64,000 bases of DNA from Tubiluchus corallicola (Eukaryota > Animalia > Priapulida): positions 307,496 through 371,495 of the forward strand of contig JAQGDQ010000061.1 in NCBI GenBank assembly GCA_030141605.1. The letters run 5' to 3'. The notes under the pieces were generated by a model. That model was not told the origin of the DNA and did not search any database. It was given only the letters and a program-made list of their open reading frames with translations. Position 1 is the stretch's first letter. Every line of letters begins with the position of its first letter. A program made the position numbers and the translations under genes. Of this stretch, positions 63,183-64,000 are shown in pieces.

Positions 63183-64000
63183 GGCCTGCAGCATAGAAAC
63201 GTGCGTTTTGCATAGTTTCTCACGAGTGTGAATTGGTGGTAGAAATTTAACTTGATAACTGGCCTATAAAGCACCTAGGCCTAGTTCATATATCATATGT
63301 GTAATGGGCCTAATAAGTAAATCATAATTTGCTTGTTCTGCAAATAATAATTTCTATCTAAGCAACGCTCCTGAAAACATCGTTCATGCAATATAACTTA
63401 TCTAATATGTATTAAATCAAAGCAATGCGATCATAGTTATGGTAGCTTAAAGTCAGTTGCGATTAGCATCATTATTACTGTTATCTCATAAGTAGTATAA
63501 CATCATATATTAATTTGCTAACATAACGCAATTCTTTATGATAAAAAGTTGTAGAACTTTAAACTTCCATTATAGCCTATATAAACGACACTGGTCATGA
63601 TGCTGTCAAGTAAGTATATGTCTTAAGGCCTAGAAAAACTCTTTACCACAATTGTGTAGTAAAGTTTTATCATTTTTGTTGTCTTGCCTCTTTACTAAAA
63701 GGCATTATTGTGGTTATGTCATGTATTTATCATTGTATATATTGTGTGAAATGTCTAATAATGACAAATTCTACTAAAATAGTTTACAAAAAAGATCCTA
63801 GGAACCAATTTATCAAATGTGTTACTGGTATATATTTTTATGACAAAATTAGCAAAAAATTAATCTATGACGTCTTATTACTATCATCTTAACACATCGT
63901 TTTAATGACATAAATTAGCGTAATTGCTGTGTGTCAACTAGACCAGACACAGATAAAATATTGCACTACAAGAAGAAAAACTTGTACCACGCTCGTCTGT

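Noticed and set aside
62938-63231. 97-aa ORF MFLRTLSMAAAAT...
   Set aside because: Wrong frame; the overlapping frame gives the coherent spliced Tyr-rich secreted protein.

Overview
AT-rich, intron-containing animal (invertebrate-like) genomic DNA, not prokaryotic. By hand-splicing at GT-AG junctions with consistent reading phase I reconstruct: (1) the last two coding exons of a myostatin/GDF11-type TGF-beta ligand (+); (2) a 3-exon EBP sterol delta8-delta7 isomerase (-); (3) an intronless, disabled secreted-protein gene with a ZP-N-like domain, CxC repeats and an EGF-like motif (-); (4) a 21-exon, ~1027-aa N-acylated DUF4062-NACHT-TPR STAND protein (NPHP3/TEP1/TTC41-like, -); (5) a complete pyruvate kinase with an intronless CDS nested antisense in intron 9 of that gene (+); (6) a 6-exon clan-2 cytochrome P450 head-to-head with the NACHT gene (+); and (7) a 2-exon, 99-aa secreted Tyr/Gly/His-rich protein that the ORF track misses (+). 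Between and within these genes are decayed LINEs, tRNA-derived SINE-like heads, foldback/MITE and Helitron-like pieces, a Penelope-like hammerhead relic, long palindromes, local tandem duplications and many microsatellites. All family assignments come from motif recognition, not database searches.
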